Assembly: GCA_964473825.1 (NCBI GenBank)
Contig: CAYYQL010000036.1
Coordinates: 1 to 26,020 of the forward strand
Source: an uncultured archaeon
GTDB taxonomy: Archaea > Asgardarchaeota > Thorarchaeia > Thorarchaeales > Thorarchaeaceae
Length of the DNA: 26,020 nt
Direction: 5' to 3'
Positions within the stretch are counted from its first letter, which is position 1. Each line of letters begins with the position of its first letter. A program made the position numbers and the translations under genes. Shown here one piece after another: positions 1 to 9,429 of this stretch. The notes below the pieces were generated by a model. That model saw nothing but the letters and a program-made list of their open reading frames with translations. It was not told the origin of the DNA and did not search any database.

Positions 1-2
1 AT

Positions 3-137
3 ATTGCCCTCTGGGCACTGATAGGTACACAGGATGTGCTCTACTACATTCTCTCCATGGCCATTGTCAACCTTATGGTGGCAACCCTCGGATTCACTAT
101 AGCCTCAAGAACACCAGGTGGCAAGACAGCCAGATAG
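3..137 (+). CDS. C-terminal fragment of a membrane protein (runs off the window start)
   Basis: Frame 3 is open from the edge: IALWALIGTQDVLYYILSMAIVNLMVATLGFTIASRTPGGKTAR then TAG at 135-137; hydrophobic stretches. Confidence 0.6.
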   Translation: MALWALIGTQDVLYYILSMAIVNLMVATLGFTIASRTPGGKTAR

Positions 138-203
138 ACCGAACCCGAAGATTCATCGCAGGTAATGCTCCGCATGATCAAACCGCCCTATTGTTCGAAA
201 CGT

Positions 204-224
204 TATAGGACAACTTGTCCTATA
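204..224. promoter_or_regulatory. Perfect 10-1-10 palindrome, candidate operator or hairpin
   Basis: TATAGGACAA-C-TTGTCCTATA, nested inside TCGAAAC(195-201)...GTTTCGA(232-238), intergenic upstream of the 312 ORF. Confidence 0.45.
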
Positions 225-311
225 GATGCATGTTTCGATATCCATATCGAGAGCTGGAGACGTAGATGATTGACAAATGCCATAAACCCGTATAGCTACA
301 TCTGACACAAG

Positions 312-935
312 ATGACTCTGTGGTTCTGGCTATCCCTAGCAGGCTTCATTCTGATACAACCGATTCTCTACAAATCATATGAACATCGTGCACTAAAGTC
401 ACGCTTTGGACCAGAGAAAGCAGAGAGAGTTGGCAGGATGCTAGGAATAGTGAGCGGCTATGCATTCTTTGTCTTTTGGATTGGGATGTGGATTGCCCCA
501 CAACCGAGATTTGAGATTGGGTTCCTCCAGGAAGTCGTCATTGTGATACCGTTTGTGACTCCCTATATCTCTTGGAGGATTCCGGTGGTTCATTTCCTTG
601 CAGGTGCTGCTTTTCTCCTGCTCGGCGGATGGCTAGGACTCAAAGGGGTGACTGAGCTCACGCTTGAAGTCTCGGAGACCCACCACCCGGATGAGATTGT
701 CAAATCAGGAATCTACTCCAGCATCAGACATCCACAGTATCTTGGCGGATTTCTGTCCCACATAGGAATGACGTTCCTGTTGTCATCGTTGTACTCACTG
801 CTCTGTACACCCATTGTCGCCCTTGTCATCTACCTTCTATGCCGGAAAGAGGAACGAGAACTTGTCAGGGAATTCGGAGATGAATATAGAGGATACAGGG
901 AAGAAGTACCGATGTTCTTTCCCGGACTACACTAG
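312..935 (+). CDS. Isoprenylcysteine carboxylmethyltransferase / PEMT family membrane methyltransferase
   Basis: Several TM segments, IVKSGIYSSIRHPQYLG motif, C-terminal EERELVREFGDEYRGYREEVPMFFP. Confidence 0.85.
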   Translation: MTLWFWLSLAGFILIQPILYKSYEHRALKSRFGPEKAERVGRMLGIVSGYAFFVFWIGMWIAPQPRFEIGFLQEVVIVIPFVTPYISWRIPVVHFLAGAAFLLLGGWLGLKGVTELTLEVSETHHPDEIVKSGIYSSIRHPQYLGGFLSHIGMTFLLSSLYSLLCTPIVALVIYLLCRKEERELVREFGDEYRGYREEVPMFFPGLH

Positions 936-953
936 ATTTGAGAAATAGCGAGT

Positions 954-974
954 TCCGGTGGCAATACCACCGGA
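954..974. terminator. Stem-loop between convergent genes
   Basis: TCCGGTGG-CAATA-CCACCGGA between the 935 and 1002 stop codons. Confidence 0.5.
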
Positions 975-1001
975 TACTTGTTCCTGCATTTCAGACGCGG
1001 G

Positions 1002-1367
1002 TTACTCGATTCCGACTCTGTCAGCAATCTTCACAATCACGAACACAACAAATGCCACGATAATGAATGTGAGAAGGGTCCCTGCAAAGTGGCCGACCCG
1101 GAATATGTAAAAGGTGATATCTTCCCACTTGATCTCGCCCAAGGGAATCTGGACAATGGGCATGATTATATCGCTCACCAAGGCCTGAACAAGATTGCCG
1201 ATATAGATGCCCAAGATGAAGGCCACAGCCAATCCTAGTACCTTATACTTGCTCAGGAAATTGATGAATTCAGCAAAGAATCCTTCTGGTTGGGGCTTAG
1301 GCGGGGCTGGCTCAAGAAGCTTCCTGATACTACGCAGTTCCTCCAAAATCTCATCATTTCTCTCCAT
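1002..1367 (-). CDS. mscL: MscL family large-conductance mechanosensitive channel
   Basis: FFAEFINFLSKYKVLGLAVAFILG...LVQALVSDIIMPIV...GHFAGTLLTFIIVAFVVFVIVK matches MscL S1/TM1/TM2. Start moved to ATG 1367 (MERNDE) to avoid overlap with the DJ-1 gene. Confidence 0.85.
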   Translation of the reverse strand: MERNDEILEELRSIRKLLEPAPPKPQPEGFFAEFINFLSKYKVLGLAVAFILGIYIGNLVQALVSDIIMPIVQIPLGEIKWEDITFYIFRVGHFAGTLLTFIIVAFVVFVIVKIADRVGIE

Positions 1368-1452
1368 GTGACAACCATCCTTCGATAGTATAGGTGAAGA
1401 ATGTGAGTCTTCTTTATACAAGTATTGGAGTACAGTACATGGAAGAAGGAAA

Positions 1453-2064
1453 CTACTCTGTCCTGAGAGAAGAGGGAATCTCAAGTTCATCCGCAACGAA
1501 CTCGGCCACATCGTTCCCATGGATGATCTCCAAGAGCCGCAGACCTAACGGGATAGACGAGGCAACTCCTGCAGCTGTGACCACCATGCCATCGAAGACA
1601 ACTCGGTCTTCTGATACGGTGGCATACTTCGCTAGTTCCTTCTTTGCGATCTGGTGGGTTGCGGCCCTCTTCCCCTCGAGAATTCCAGCTGCGCCCAAGA
1701 TGAGAGCACCAGTACAGACGGAGCAGATGGGTTTCTTCTCACTGAACAACCGCAGTTTCGTGAGCATATGTTCGTCACCCATTACTCCACGGATCCCCTT
1801 CCCACCAGGTACAATCACAAAGTCGTATCTGTTTGGGTCATCTGTGACAATGTGGGGTTTCACAATCATACGATTAGCACACTCGACTGTTCTATGAGGA
1901 GAAAAGATCTCAACTTCGATTGGGTCAGAGATGTCTAACAGACCCTCGTCTACCAGGGTTCTTACACTGGCAAGAACCTCATACACGCCGGCAAAATCTA
2001 GCTCTTCAGCCAGAGGGAACAGGTAGATACCAATCTTTCGCACGCCTTCTAAGTTCGAAGTCAA
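1453..2064 (-). CDS. DJ-1/PfpI family protein
   Basis: EELDF, VIVPGG, SVCTGALIL nucleophile elbow, ATH, TAAGVASSI. Confidence 0.9.
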   Translation of the reverse strand: MTSNLEGVRKIGIYLFPLAEELDFAGVYEVLASVRTLVDEGLLDISDPIEVEIFSPHRTVECANRMIVKPHIVTDDPNRYDFVIVPGGKGIRGVMGDEHMLTKLRLFSEKKPICSVCTGALILGAAGILEGKRAATHQIAKKELAKYATVSEDRVVFDGMVVTAAGVASSIPLGLRLLEIIHGNDVAEFVADELEIPSSLRTE

Positions 2065-2092
2065 GATGAGAGTCTCCTGTGTTATTCGCGTT

Positions 2093-3352
2093 CTATTTGC
2101 TCACCGGGCTTACGTTGCCGCTATCGTGTACGACCAAGGCATCGATGTCTGTCCCAAGTTTGTCAATTGCCGCATCAATCGCAGCCTGTACTGTCTTGAA
2201 ACCCTTCATGTGCATACTGCACACTTTCTCCTCAGCCATCTTGGTAACCATCCAGAGCTCGTGTTTGTCCAGAAACGGTGGTACTGAACCTACTTTGTGC
2301 CAACCGAGCTCGTAGTCCTCCTTGACCTCAAGAAACTTCTGATACATCTCCTCCACGCTCTTAGAGGATGTCATCATCCGTTCATAGTCTTCCGAGCCGA
2401 TTCCGCCGGGGCAGGCAGCCACCAGTATCAGAATGCCTCCGTCCTTCACGGCCATTCGGGTGTTCTCGAATCCCTTGGCGCCCTGATAGAGGTCTTGGTC
2501 CAGTGGCGAGTGCACAACTGAGAGAACAAGGTCTGCGGGCCGATCAATCTCGGGAGCATAAATCTCTCGAGCGGTCTCGGCTCCTATATAGAGCTGTTTG
2601 AATATGTCACCAGCAAGGGCTTTAGCAACCTTCCCTGCCCCATCCTGAACCAGATTTATGGCGAAGGTCGGGTGGTCTTCTAGGAGCATGTGGACAGCTT
2701 CCTCCATGTCCTCGTGCAACGGGTTTCCCTTCAGACGAAGAAGCTGTGCCTCCTCAAGGAGTGCCATGGAGTGATTGGCCTCTACCGTATCATATGCAGC
2801 TACTCCAGGAAAGAGGCTCTTGCGTCCACCCGTGAATCCTGCGAAATAATGAGGCTCGATGGAGTTGATGGGAATGAATGCCTCAAAGTCGTTCAGTACT
2901 CCGTTGAATCTAAGTGGAGTGCCTCGAGTGGTCTCACCGAGTTCGAACATCTCGCTCTCTTTTGCGCTATGAAATATGACCGAGTCGCGAAGCTCATCGT
3001 AGAACTCACCAAGAATGAGGTCTCGAATGTCTTCTTCGGAGGGGCGCGCATGAGTGCCACTAGCGATTATGATCTTGAATTCCTCATCTTGAAGGAATGG
3101 TAGTATCTCTTTCAGAACAGTAGGCGTGGGAGTGCGCCTTGCATGGTCGTTCACTATGACCAAGAATGACTCGTGTTTCTCGATAAACTCTTCAAAGGAG
3201 ATAGACTCGATAGGGTTGGATAATGCATTTCTAATCATAGCGCTCTCAGATTCTGAAGTTTCAACTGACTTGGGTTCCACGACATTAACATTACAGGCAT
3301 CAGGAATCTCTATCTCTTCTTCAGAACCGCTATACTCGACTTTGATACGCAA
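2093..3352 (-). CDS. larA: LarA family nickel-pincer racemase/epimerase (lactate racemase-like)
   Basis: VNDHARRTP, ASGTH, GETTRGTP, PHYFAGFTGGRKSLFPG, ANHS, DLYQGAKG motifs. Probable TTG start at 3352 behind GGTGA; the ORF extends to 3388. Confidence 0.88.
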   Translation of the reverse strand: MRIKVEYSGSEEEIEIPDACNVNVVEPKSVETSESESAMIRNALSNPIESISFEEFIEKHESFLVIVNDHARRTPTPTVLKEILPFLQDEEFKIIIASGTHARPSEEDIRDLILGEFYDELRDSVIFHSAKESEMFELGETTRGTPLRFNGVLNDFEAFIPINSIEPHYFAGFTGGRKSLFPGVAAYDTVEANHSMALLEEAQLLRLKGNPLHEDMEEAVHMLLEDHPTFAINLVQDGAGKVAKALAGDIFKQLYIGAETAREIYAPEIDRPADLVLSVVHSPLDQDLYQGAKGFENTRMAVKDGGILILVAACPGGIGSEDYERMMTSSKSVEEMYQKFLEVKEDYELGWHKVGSVPPFLDKHELWMVTKMAEEKVCSMHMKGFKTVQAAIDAAIDKLGTDIDALVVHDSGNVSPVSK

Positions 3353-3500
3353 AAGGCTTTCACCACACCATACTGAGGCGAAAGCCAATATAGGTGTAAG
3401 GAAATGGTCGAATCTGCACGTCTATACCGATGGAAACATATCTCTGACCATATGGACGGTAGGATAGCCCACCAGTAACGTCTGAGAGGTTGCCGGAACA

Positions 3501-4631
3501 ATGAAGCTTGATGAATTTCACCTAGAGAGGATCCAGTCAAAATGGGAGAATGTCGTAGAGTATAACTTGAGTGAGAGTGGGATTGAGCCCCTCAGGCTCA
3601 ATGAGCTGGTGCCTCATAACACGATGCAAAAGGCCATTCTGGAGACCAAACTCGGCTATCCTCAGACAAACGGGAGTATTCCACTGCGGAGAAACATCAG
3701 CAAGTTGTATCATGAAGCCACAGAGAATAACATCCTCGTGACGAATGGCGGCTCTGAGGCGAACATGGTGAGCATGTGGAATATGTTGCATGAGAATGAA
3801 GGCCGAAAGGACATCGTCATTGAACTCCCTAACTATATGCAAATCTGGGGCTATTCCAGAGCCCTCGGAGCCAATGTCAAGTCGTTCTGGCTGAAGAAGG
3901 AGGATAAGATGTGGGTTCCCGATATTGAGGGATTGAAACATCTTGTGTCTAAGAAGACCAGACTGATTGCACTCTGCAACCCAAACAACCCGACAGGATC
4001 CGTGATGAAAGAAGATCATCTGAAGGCAATCGCAGATATAGCAGAAGACTGTGGAGCATGGATTCTCTCGGACGAGATATATTCTGGAGCGGAGCTGATT
4101 GATCAGAGAACCCCAACTATGTGGGACTATTACGATAAGGTGCTTGTCACAGCGGGGCTCTCCAAGGTTTATGCGTTACCTGGTCTAAGAATCGGCTGGA
4201 TAGCATGCAAAGATGAGGAGAAAGCAACTGAGCTCTGGGCCTACTCAGATTACACAAGTATTGCACCCTCGATGATGGGAGACGTGCTCGGACAGATTGC
4301 TCTCGAAACAAAGATGAGAGAATTCATAGAGGAGCGGACAAGACGCATCCTGAGGGAGAACTGGACTGTCATGGAGAACTGGTTAGAAGAGAACCAGGAT
4401 ATGTTCAGCTGCATCCACCCCGAGGCCTCTCCTGTGTGTCTGGTGGAATATCATGAAGATATCAAATCCACCAATCTTGCCGACAGGCTGATTGAGGAGA
4501 AGAGCGTCCTCATTGCACCTGGAGATCATTTTCTCCTACCTCAGAACATCAGAGTCGGCTATGGTCATGACAAGAAGAAACTCGTGAAGGGTCTCTCTCT
4601 GATTGCAGATTTTCTGAGAAAAGAGAAGTAG
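3501..4631 (+). CDS. PLP-dependent aminotransferase class I/II
   Basis: TNGGSEAN, CNPNNPTG, SDEIY, GLSKVYALPGLRIGW (PLP lysine). Confidence 0.92.
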   Translation: MKLDEFHLERIQSKWENVVEYNLSESGIEPLRLNELVPHNTMQKAILETKLGYPQTNGSIPLRRNISKLYHEATENNILVTNGGSEANMVSMWNMLHENEGRKDIVIELPNYMQIWGYSRALGANVKSFWLKKEDKMWVPDIEGLKHLVSKKTRLIALCNPNNPTGSVMKEDHLKAIADIAEDCGAWILSDEIYSGAELIDQRTPTMWDYYDKVLVTAGLSKVYALPGLRIGWIACKDEEKATELWAYSDYTSIAPSMMGDVLGQIALETKMREFIEERTRRILRENWTVMENWLEENQDMFSCIHPEASPVCLVEYHEDIKSTNLADRLIEEKSVLIAPGDHFLLPQNIRVGYGHDKKKLVKGLSLIADFLRKEK

Positions 4632-4649
4632 GGGGCACGACCCCCCCTA
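4629..4649. terminator. GC hairpin between convergent genes
   Basis: TAGGGGG-CACGA-CCCCCCCTA directly at the aminotransferase stop. Confidence 0.4.
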
Positions 4650-4678
4650 CCTATAGATTAGAGAGGATACAACGAACC

Positions 4679-5485
4679 TCAGTTTCTTGCGAGGTAGTAG
4701 TCGGATATCTTCCGCTTCTTGATTATCGGAAGGGCCACTATCAGAATCGCAACCAGAATGGCCACGCCAGCAGCAGTGAAGAATATCACTGGGCTCGCTA
4801 TCTGTTTGAGTGCAATCCCGGACGAGGCCCATACGACCACCAAGCCGAAGGCTAAGTCGCGCCGCTGGATGAGCATCAGCAGCGTCAGAACGAAGGCGAC
4901 AATGACCATTGCAGCTGTAGCAAGCTCCTGAGTAGCGATAGGAATACCAGGGATGAGAACGTTCAGTGCTGATGCGATGTTCGCTATGGTCGCCAGAGAT
5001 ATCCACCCAAGATAGACACTAACAGGTAGGTGCACTGCCAGCTTCTCACGTAGTGGCACCTCATTCAGACCTATTCCAAGCCGCGTGTAGATGAAGAGCA
5101 GCGAGATCAGCAGGAGTATGATAGGCAGCGTTGAGGCAACTAACAGACTTGGGTTTCCAGCAGAGTAGTGGAAGAGGAATATCCATGATGTGTTCCCAAT
5201 GGCTCCAAGCAGATGCCAGTACCCAATCTTCGGCAGGTATTCAGCACTTCTTTGCGACGGCCTTGCCTGATACACCATAAACACTCCAAGCAGGACGTAG
5301 ATCACACCCCAAATTGCAAAGACCCACCCTGGTGGAGTGAAGAGATTGGGATATGAATCTGCGACATCGCCTGTCAGAACCCCATTGATTGGAATGATGT
5401 TGGCCACAGCATCCACAATCAGAGTCAGCAGGATTGCGACGATGTTGACCACTTGAAAGATCCGGTAATCATTACTCTCTGTCAT
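4679..5485 (-). CDS. TspO/MBR-related multi-TM tryptophan-rich membrane protein
   Basis: YPNLFTPPGWVFAIWGVIY, NTSWIFLF, SVYLGWISLATIAN; about 8 TM helices. Start ATG 5485 (alternative 5503) with a TTTATTAA box about 25 nt upstream. Confidence 0.75.
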   Translation of the reverse strand: MTESNDYRIFQVVNIVAILLTLIVDAVANIIPINGVLTGDVADSYPNLFTPPGWVFAIWGVIYVLLGVFMVYQARPSQRSAEYLPKIGYWHLLGAIGNTSWIFLFHYSAGNPSLLVASTLPIILLLISLLFIYTRLGIGLNEVPLREKLAVHLPVSVYLGWISLATIANIASALNVLIPGIPIATQELATAAMVIVAFVLTLLMLIQRRDLAFGLVVVWASSGIALKQIASPVIFFTAAGVAILVAILIVALPIIKKRKISDYYLARN

Positions 5486-5596
5486 AGTTATCAATGAATT
5501 CATTATTGTTAATAAACTTGCTTATTTTGCTGCAAATAGAACTCGACCAGACAGCTACTGATACGGGACGGATTAGTCCTCGAAGACCATGGGAGA

Positions 5597-6310
5597 CTAT
5601 CCCGAAGCCTTGACAGGTGCGCCGCAGTAGGGGCAGAACCGGTCTTGCGGTTTCAGAGAGAATCCGCAGTATACACAAGAACCTGCGCCCTCCTTCACCG
5701 ATTCAGGAATCTGTACAGGTGTGGGAATCGTCCCTCCAGTTGAGGAATCAAACCAGACATCACTAGACCCACGTCGTTTCTCACGGATGATATGTTCCCT
5801 AGCCTTTTCTTGGGGAACGCCCGCACTATCAGCGATGTCCGATACTGTTCTTCCGGAGCCGGTACGGAGCTCTCGAGCTACTTCAGAACGCCCTTTCATG
5901 TTCTTGTAAATCTTTGATATCAACGAGCCAATCAAGATGATGAGGGGAATCAGAAAGAGCCAGCTTCGTGAGACCCAGTAAAGCCATCCGAGAATCACTA
6001 TGGGGATGAAGGTCCCGCAAGTTACACCCTCTTCTTTCTGTTTCTTCCGGTCATAGATAGGCTTGTCAATACGAGATGTTTTTCCGTGGGCAGAACCGGA
6101 TGTATAGGTATCAACATCTGGTGCGCGCCAGTAATCTACTTCTCGCCGAGTCTGGCTGATTTTCTTCTCTTCAGTTCTATCGGAGACCAACACACATACC
6201 AAGACGAAGATGGGGATGAAGAGCCAACCATTGCCTGTCACCATGAACACGATGAACAGAACACCGATAGGTATCAGCAAACTCCAGTTATTGTCATCGT
6301 CCGATTGCAT
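5597..6310 (-). CDS. Membrane protein with duplicated TM hairpin, HTH-like segment and C-terminal zinc ribbon
   Basis: Two similar hydrophobic hairpins; TVSDIADSAGVPQEKAREHI; CVYCG...FCPYCG. Confidence 0.75.
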   Translation of the reverse strand: MQSDDDNNWSLLIPIGVLFIVFMVTGNGWLFIPIFVLVCVLVSDRTEEKKISQTRREVDYWRAPDVDTYTSGSAHGKTSRIDKPIYDRKKQKEEGVTCGTFIPIVILGWLYWVSRSWLFLIPLIILIGSLISKIYKNMKGRSEVARELRTGSGRTVSDIADSAGVPQEKAREHIIREKRRGSSDVWFDSSTGGTIPTPVQIPESVKEGAGSCVYCGFSLKPQDRFCPYCGAPVKASG

Positions 6311-6404
6311 TGAACTGGCCCCTTTGAACTATCTAATGCATTGATGATGTCTATACTTATTGGTATTGTTGGCAGGTGGTATTCCCGACAGCAGGTTCCT
6401 CACA

Positions 6405-7403
6405 CTATATCCTTCTAATGGCAACTGCCAATCCGATGAGAACCCCTGCAGCAAGAAGTGCAGTAAATACAAGAGGATCGACTATGAGAGGCGGAGAGGA
6501 CGATGTGGTGGTTGTAGTGGATGTTGAAGTTGTTGTGGCTGTTGGGTCCCAGCCCACAAGCCGGGCGGCAAGCCACCAGAATGCTTGGCCCTTCTGTTCA
6601 CAACTTGTATAGGTGGTATGGCCTGCCTCATTACCATGGAAATCGTCATGTTCGACTGGAATGTCATAGGTCGTACCGTCACTCTCATACTCATATGTGG
6701 AATGATCCCCATCACTCCAACTGTCCAGATCCGCAAAATCGAACAGTATCTTGCCATTCTCCTCACAGTAGACACGGATCTGTTCGTTTCGAAGCCAACG
6801 GTTGTAACCATCTGCACCAGTGGATTGAGCGTTACAGGTCATGTACACGAATGTGACATCAGGATTTGCGGTTTCTAGGCCAGACACAGTATCAAGATAT
6901 GCTTGCGTCTGTGCTTCGGAGTAGTAGTTCAGTTGCGCGCACCAAGACCACAAAGAAACGGTGATAGAAGGGGTTTCATCGAGAGTCGCCTGTGTTAGCT
7001 GGACGCCGCTCGTTGATTCCCAGTACAATTCGGGAGTAATATACGAGTGGTCACCATTCCCATCGTAGATACACAGGGTTCCAACCTCATCAGGGAGGTA
7101 TCGGTCTCCCCGCGATTGGCTGAAAGTCGAGTTAGCAGACTCTATCCGTGACAGTCCAGTGGTTATCTGACTGCCATGACTGGTATGTGCGTAGTGTATC
7201 TTCAGATCATCCTTAGCCGCATCGACCCATTCAGACGGAATCTGGCCGAGATCAATGCAGGTGTGGTCGATTAGAATATACTCACTTGATTGAGCAGGAG
7301 AAGGAAGGTTCGATTGGGCCAGTGGCACCTCTACGCCGAATACAGAAACTGCAGAAACAAGGGCTACAACAAGCGTGACAGAGATGAACCTGTGGGACGG
7401 CAC
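6405..7403 (-). CDS. Secreted, C-terminally anchored surface protein, possibly SGNH-like hydrolase fold
   Basis: N-terminal signal peptide, globular domain ([22 protein letters not shown]), Thr/Ser linker [17 protein letters not shown]-terminal TM plus RR. The fold assignment is inference. Confidence 0.7.
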   Translation of the reverse strand: MPSHRFISVTLVVALVSAVSVFGVEVPLAQSNLPSPAQSSEYILIDHTCIDLGQIPSEWVDAAKDDLKIHYAHTSHGSQITTGLSRIESANSTFSQSRGDRYLPDEVGTLCIYDGNGDHSYITPELYWESTSGVQLTQATLDETPSITVSLWSWCAQLNYYSEAQTQAYLDTVSGLETANPDVTFVYMTCNAQSTGADGYNRWLRNEQIRVYCEENGKILFDFADLDSWSDGDHSTYEYESDGTTYDIPVEHDDFHGNEAGHTTYTSCEQKGQAFWWLAARLVGWDPTATTTSTSTTTTTSSSPPLIVDPLVFTALLAAGVLIGLAVAIRRI

Positions 7404-7535
7404 GGTCTTTTCCTCATGTTTCTATCTGACTGAGAAGATAATATCTCTTCTTCCGCGAAACCACTACTCAGAAGATTCAATTGTGTCAAGGACATTAGAA
7501 CTTCCAGAGACAGTCTATCAGGAGAAACAGACGCG

Positions 7536-8045
7536 ATGGAAGAATCAAGACTATGGCTCATTGTCTTCACTCTTGTTATCTTGGCAGGAATCATATTGAT
7601 GCTGATACTCACTCCGCTGGGTATTGATGTTGTAGTGGTCAATGGCGTCCGACTTCTATCGATATTCTTGGGCATGTTGGGAGGTATAGCCCTGGGAGAA
7701 TATCTGAAGATACGTAAGAATGAGAAGACGGGAGATATCCTCCTCTTAGACCTCACGGAGGAGCTAAGAGTCAATCGAAACCTGCTTGGTAAGGGAATCC
7801 CATTGAGAAAGGGGTTTTGGATTCTTGGTGTACGCTCAGGACGTGCGGAATACATCCCAAAAACAGAGAGACGAATGCTCTGGGGGATCTATCCAGTAAT
7901 CACACACTACAATGACGATCTTGCTGAAGTCCATCGAGCTGAACTCAGAGGTAGAGATGTAAGCCCTCAAGTTGAATCGGAGTTGGAACAACTTGCTGCA
8001 AATATCAGGAATAAGATTGATGAATTCTTGGAGAGCCAAGATTGA
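7536..8045 (+). CDS. Hypothetical protein with two N-terminal TM helices
   Basis: 169-aa ORF, two hydrophobic segments, helical soluble C-terminus; fits the local gene tiling. Confidence 0.7.
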   Translation: MEESRLWLIVFTLVILAGIILMLILTPLGIDVVVVNGVRLLSIFLGMLGGIALGEYLKIRKNEKTGDILLLDLTEELRVNRNLLGKGIPLRKGFWILGVRSGRAEYIPKTERRMLWGIYPVITHYNDDLAEVHRAELRGRDVSPQVESELEQLAANIRNKIDEFLESQD

Positions 8046-8090
8046 TAGGCAGCATCTTACTGTCTATCCACAAAGAAACAGTGAGCGAAA

Positions 8091-8882
8091 ATGGTGATGT
8101 TCATATCCTGTTCAACCCTCGGTGGCCTGCGGACTGAATCAGACTCAGAGATGTTTCTCTTTGACCAGATAACTACCCTGTATAGAGTCAAACACTCTGG
8201 CTATGACTGTGTCGAACTTTACTACCGTCCTCATCCTAGCTGGGTGAAAGACACAATAGTTGCAGCACTTGAAGACCTCGAGCTGGCCGCCTATTCTATC
8301 CATCTGCCCAAGTTTCTCTTTGGATATGAAGAGAACGAATTCCGTGAGATTCTCGAGCATGCTTTTGGTCTAGCTGCTGATGCCGAGGTCGAGGTTGTAG
8401 TGCTTCACCCACCAAATGAAGAGGACCTGAAAGGAGATCTGTGGCGTGACTACATGGAGAGGATGTTGGAAACGTGCGACGAAGTGGACTGCATCCTCAC
8501 TCTTGAGATTGTTCCCTATCTGACGAATGTCCATGAATTCATCCGCGACCAAGTTGATTTCTATGATGAGTATGACCTAGGTGTAACAATCGACCTTGAA
8601 TTCATGCATATCCAGGGACTGCAAATCGAGAGTCTGATGGACATGTTTGGGGATAGAGTCAGCAACATACATTTTAGAGATAGTGATGGAGAACTCCTAG
8701 ACCAAGAGGGACGTAGAAAATACTTGGTTCCGGGTAGTGGAGAGATTGACCTTAAGAACGTCATCAAGGTGCTGAAGAATAATGACTATGAAGGAGCGGT
8801 GACAGTGGAGGTCTCCCATAAGAAGCGCAAGGATATAGTCACGGCCAAACAATACCTTGACTATCTTCTCTCGATAACGTGA
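8091..8882 (+). CDS. Sugar phosphate isomerase/epimerase (xylose isomerase-like / AP endonuclease 2 TIM barrel)
   Basis: GYDCVEL, SIHLP, VVLHP, LTLE, IDLEF, NIHFRD, PGSGEID, YEGAVTVE metal-binding pattern. Confidence 0.85.
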   Translation: MVMFISCSTLGGLRTESDSEMFLFDQITTLYRVKHSGYDCVELYYRPHPSWVKDTIVAALEDLELAAYSIHLPKFLFGYEENEFREILEHAFGLAADAEVEVVVLHPPNEEDLKGDLWRDYMERMLETCDEVDCILTLEIVPYLTNVHEFIRDQVDFYDEYDLGVTIDLEFMHIQGLQIESLMDMFGDRVSNIHFRDSDGELLDQEGRRKYLVPGSGEIDLKNVIKVLKNNDYEGAVTVEVSHKKRKDIVTAKQYLDYLLSIT

Positions 8883-8981
8883 AGGCTTGTTCTGAGAACT
8901 GACCGCAATACAAGACGTACGTCGCCACTGCAATCATGATGAGTACGTATCACCCCGCCAAGACCGAATGGAGGCCAAAGA

Positions 8982-9338
8982 GTGAGTTACTACCAAGACA
9001 CCAGTAGAATGCTGTCGCGAAAGGAACTGGCAGACCTAAGAAGACTGAAGGCTGTACGGGAAGCGTTGGATGAACTGAAAAGAAAGGGAATCTCAGCAGA
9101 TGTTCCAGTATGCCCAAACTGCAAGAGTGCCCGATTGGTCGACCTGACATCTTATCATGATTTGGGATATATCGGATCATTCCAGCCTGCGTACTACTGT
9201 CTGGACTGTGGTTGGTATGGTAGAGTACTGACAATCATGTCAAATCGAAACGAAAAGGATGCGATCTTGAAGGATATGCGCGATGCCTTCCCATCAATGC
9301 TAGATGATACAGATTTGACAGAGAGAAACAGTCTTTGA
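8982..9338 (+). CDS. Zinc-ribbon hypothetical protein
   Basis: CPNCKS...YCLDCGW; GTG start preceded by GGAGG. Confidence 0.7.
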   Translation: MSYYQDTSRMLSRKELADLRRLKAVREALDELKRKGISADVPVCPNCKSARLVDLTSYHDLGYIGSFQPAYYCLDCGWYGRVLTIMSNRNEKDAILKDMRDAFPSMLDDTDLTERNSL

Positions 9339-9429
9339 TATTCATTCCAGCTGTCCTGGCTCGGTCACCTACGGTGAGTTTCTCCCACTCTTTTCATATA
9401 CTGCATTAGTATCCGAATTCTCTTCAGAG

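Noticed and set aside
1368-1520. Long N-terminal extension of MscL in the ORF track
   Set aside because: Overlaps the DJ-1 gene and the promoter region; not protein-like.
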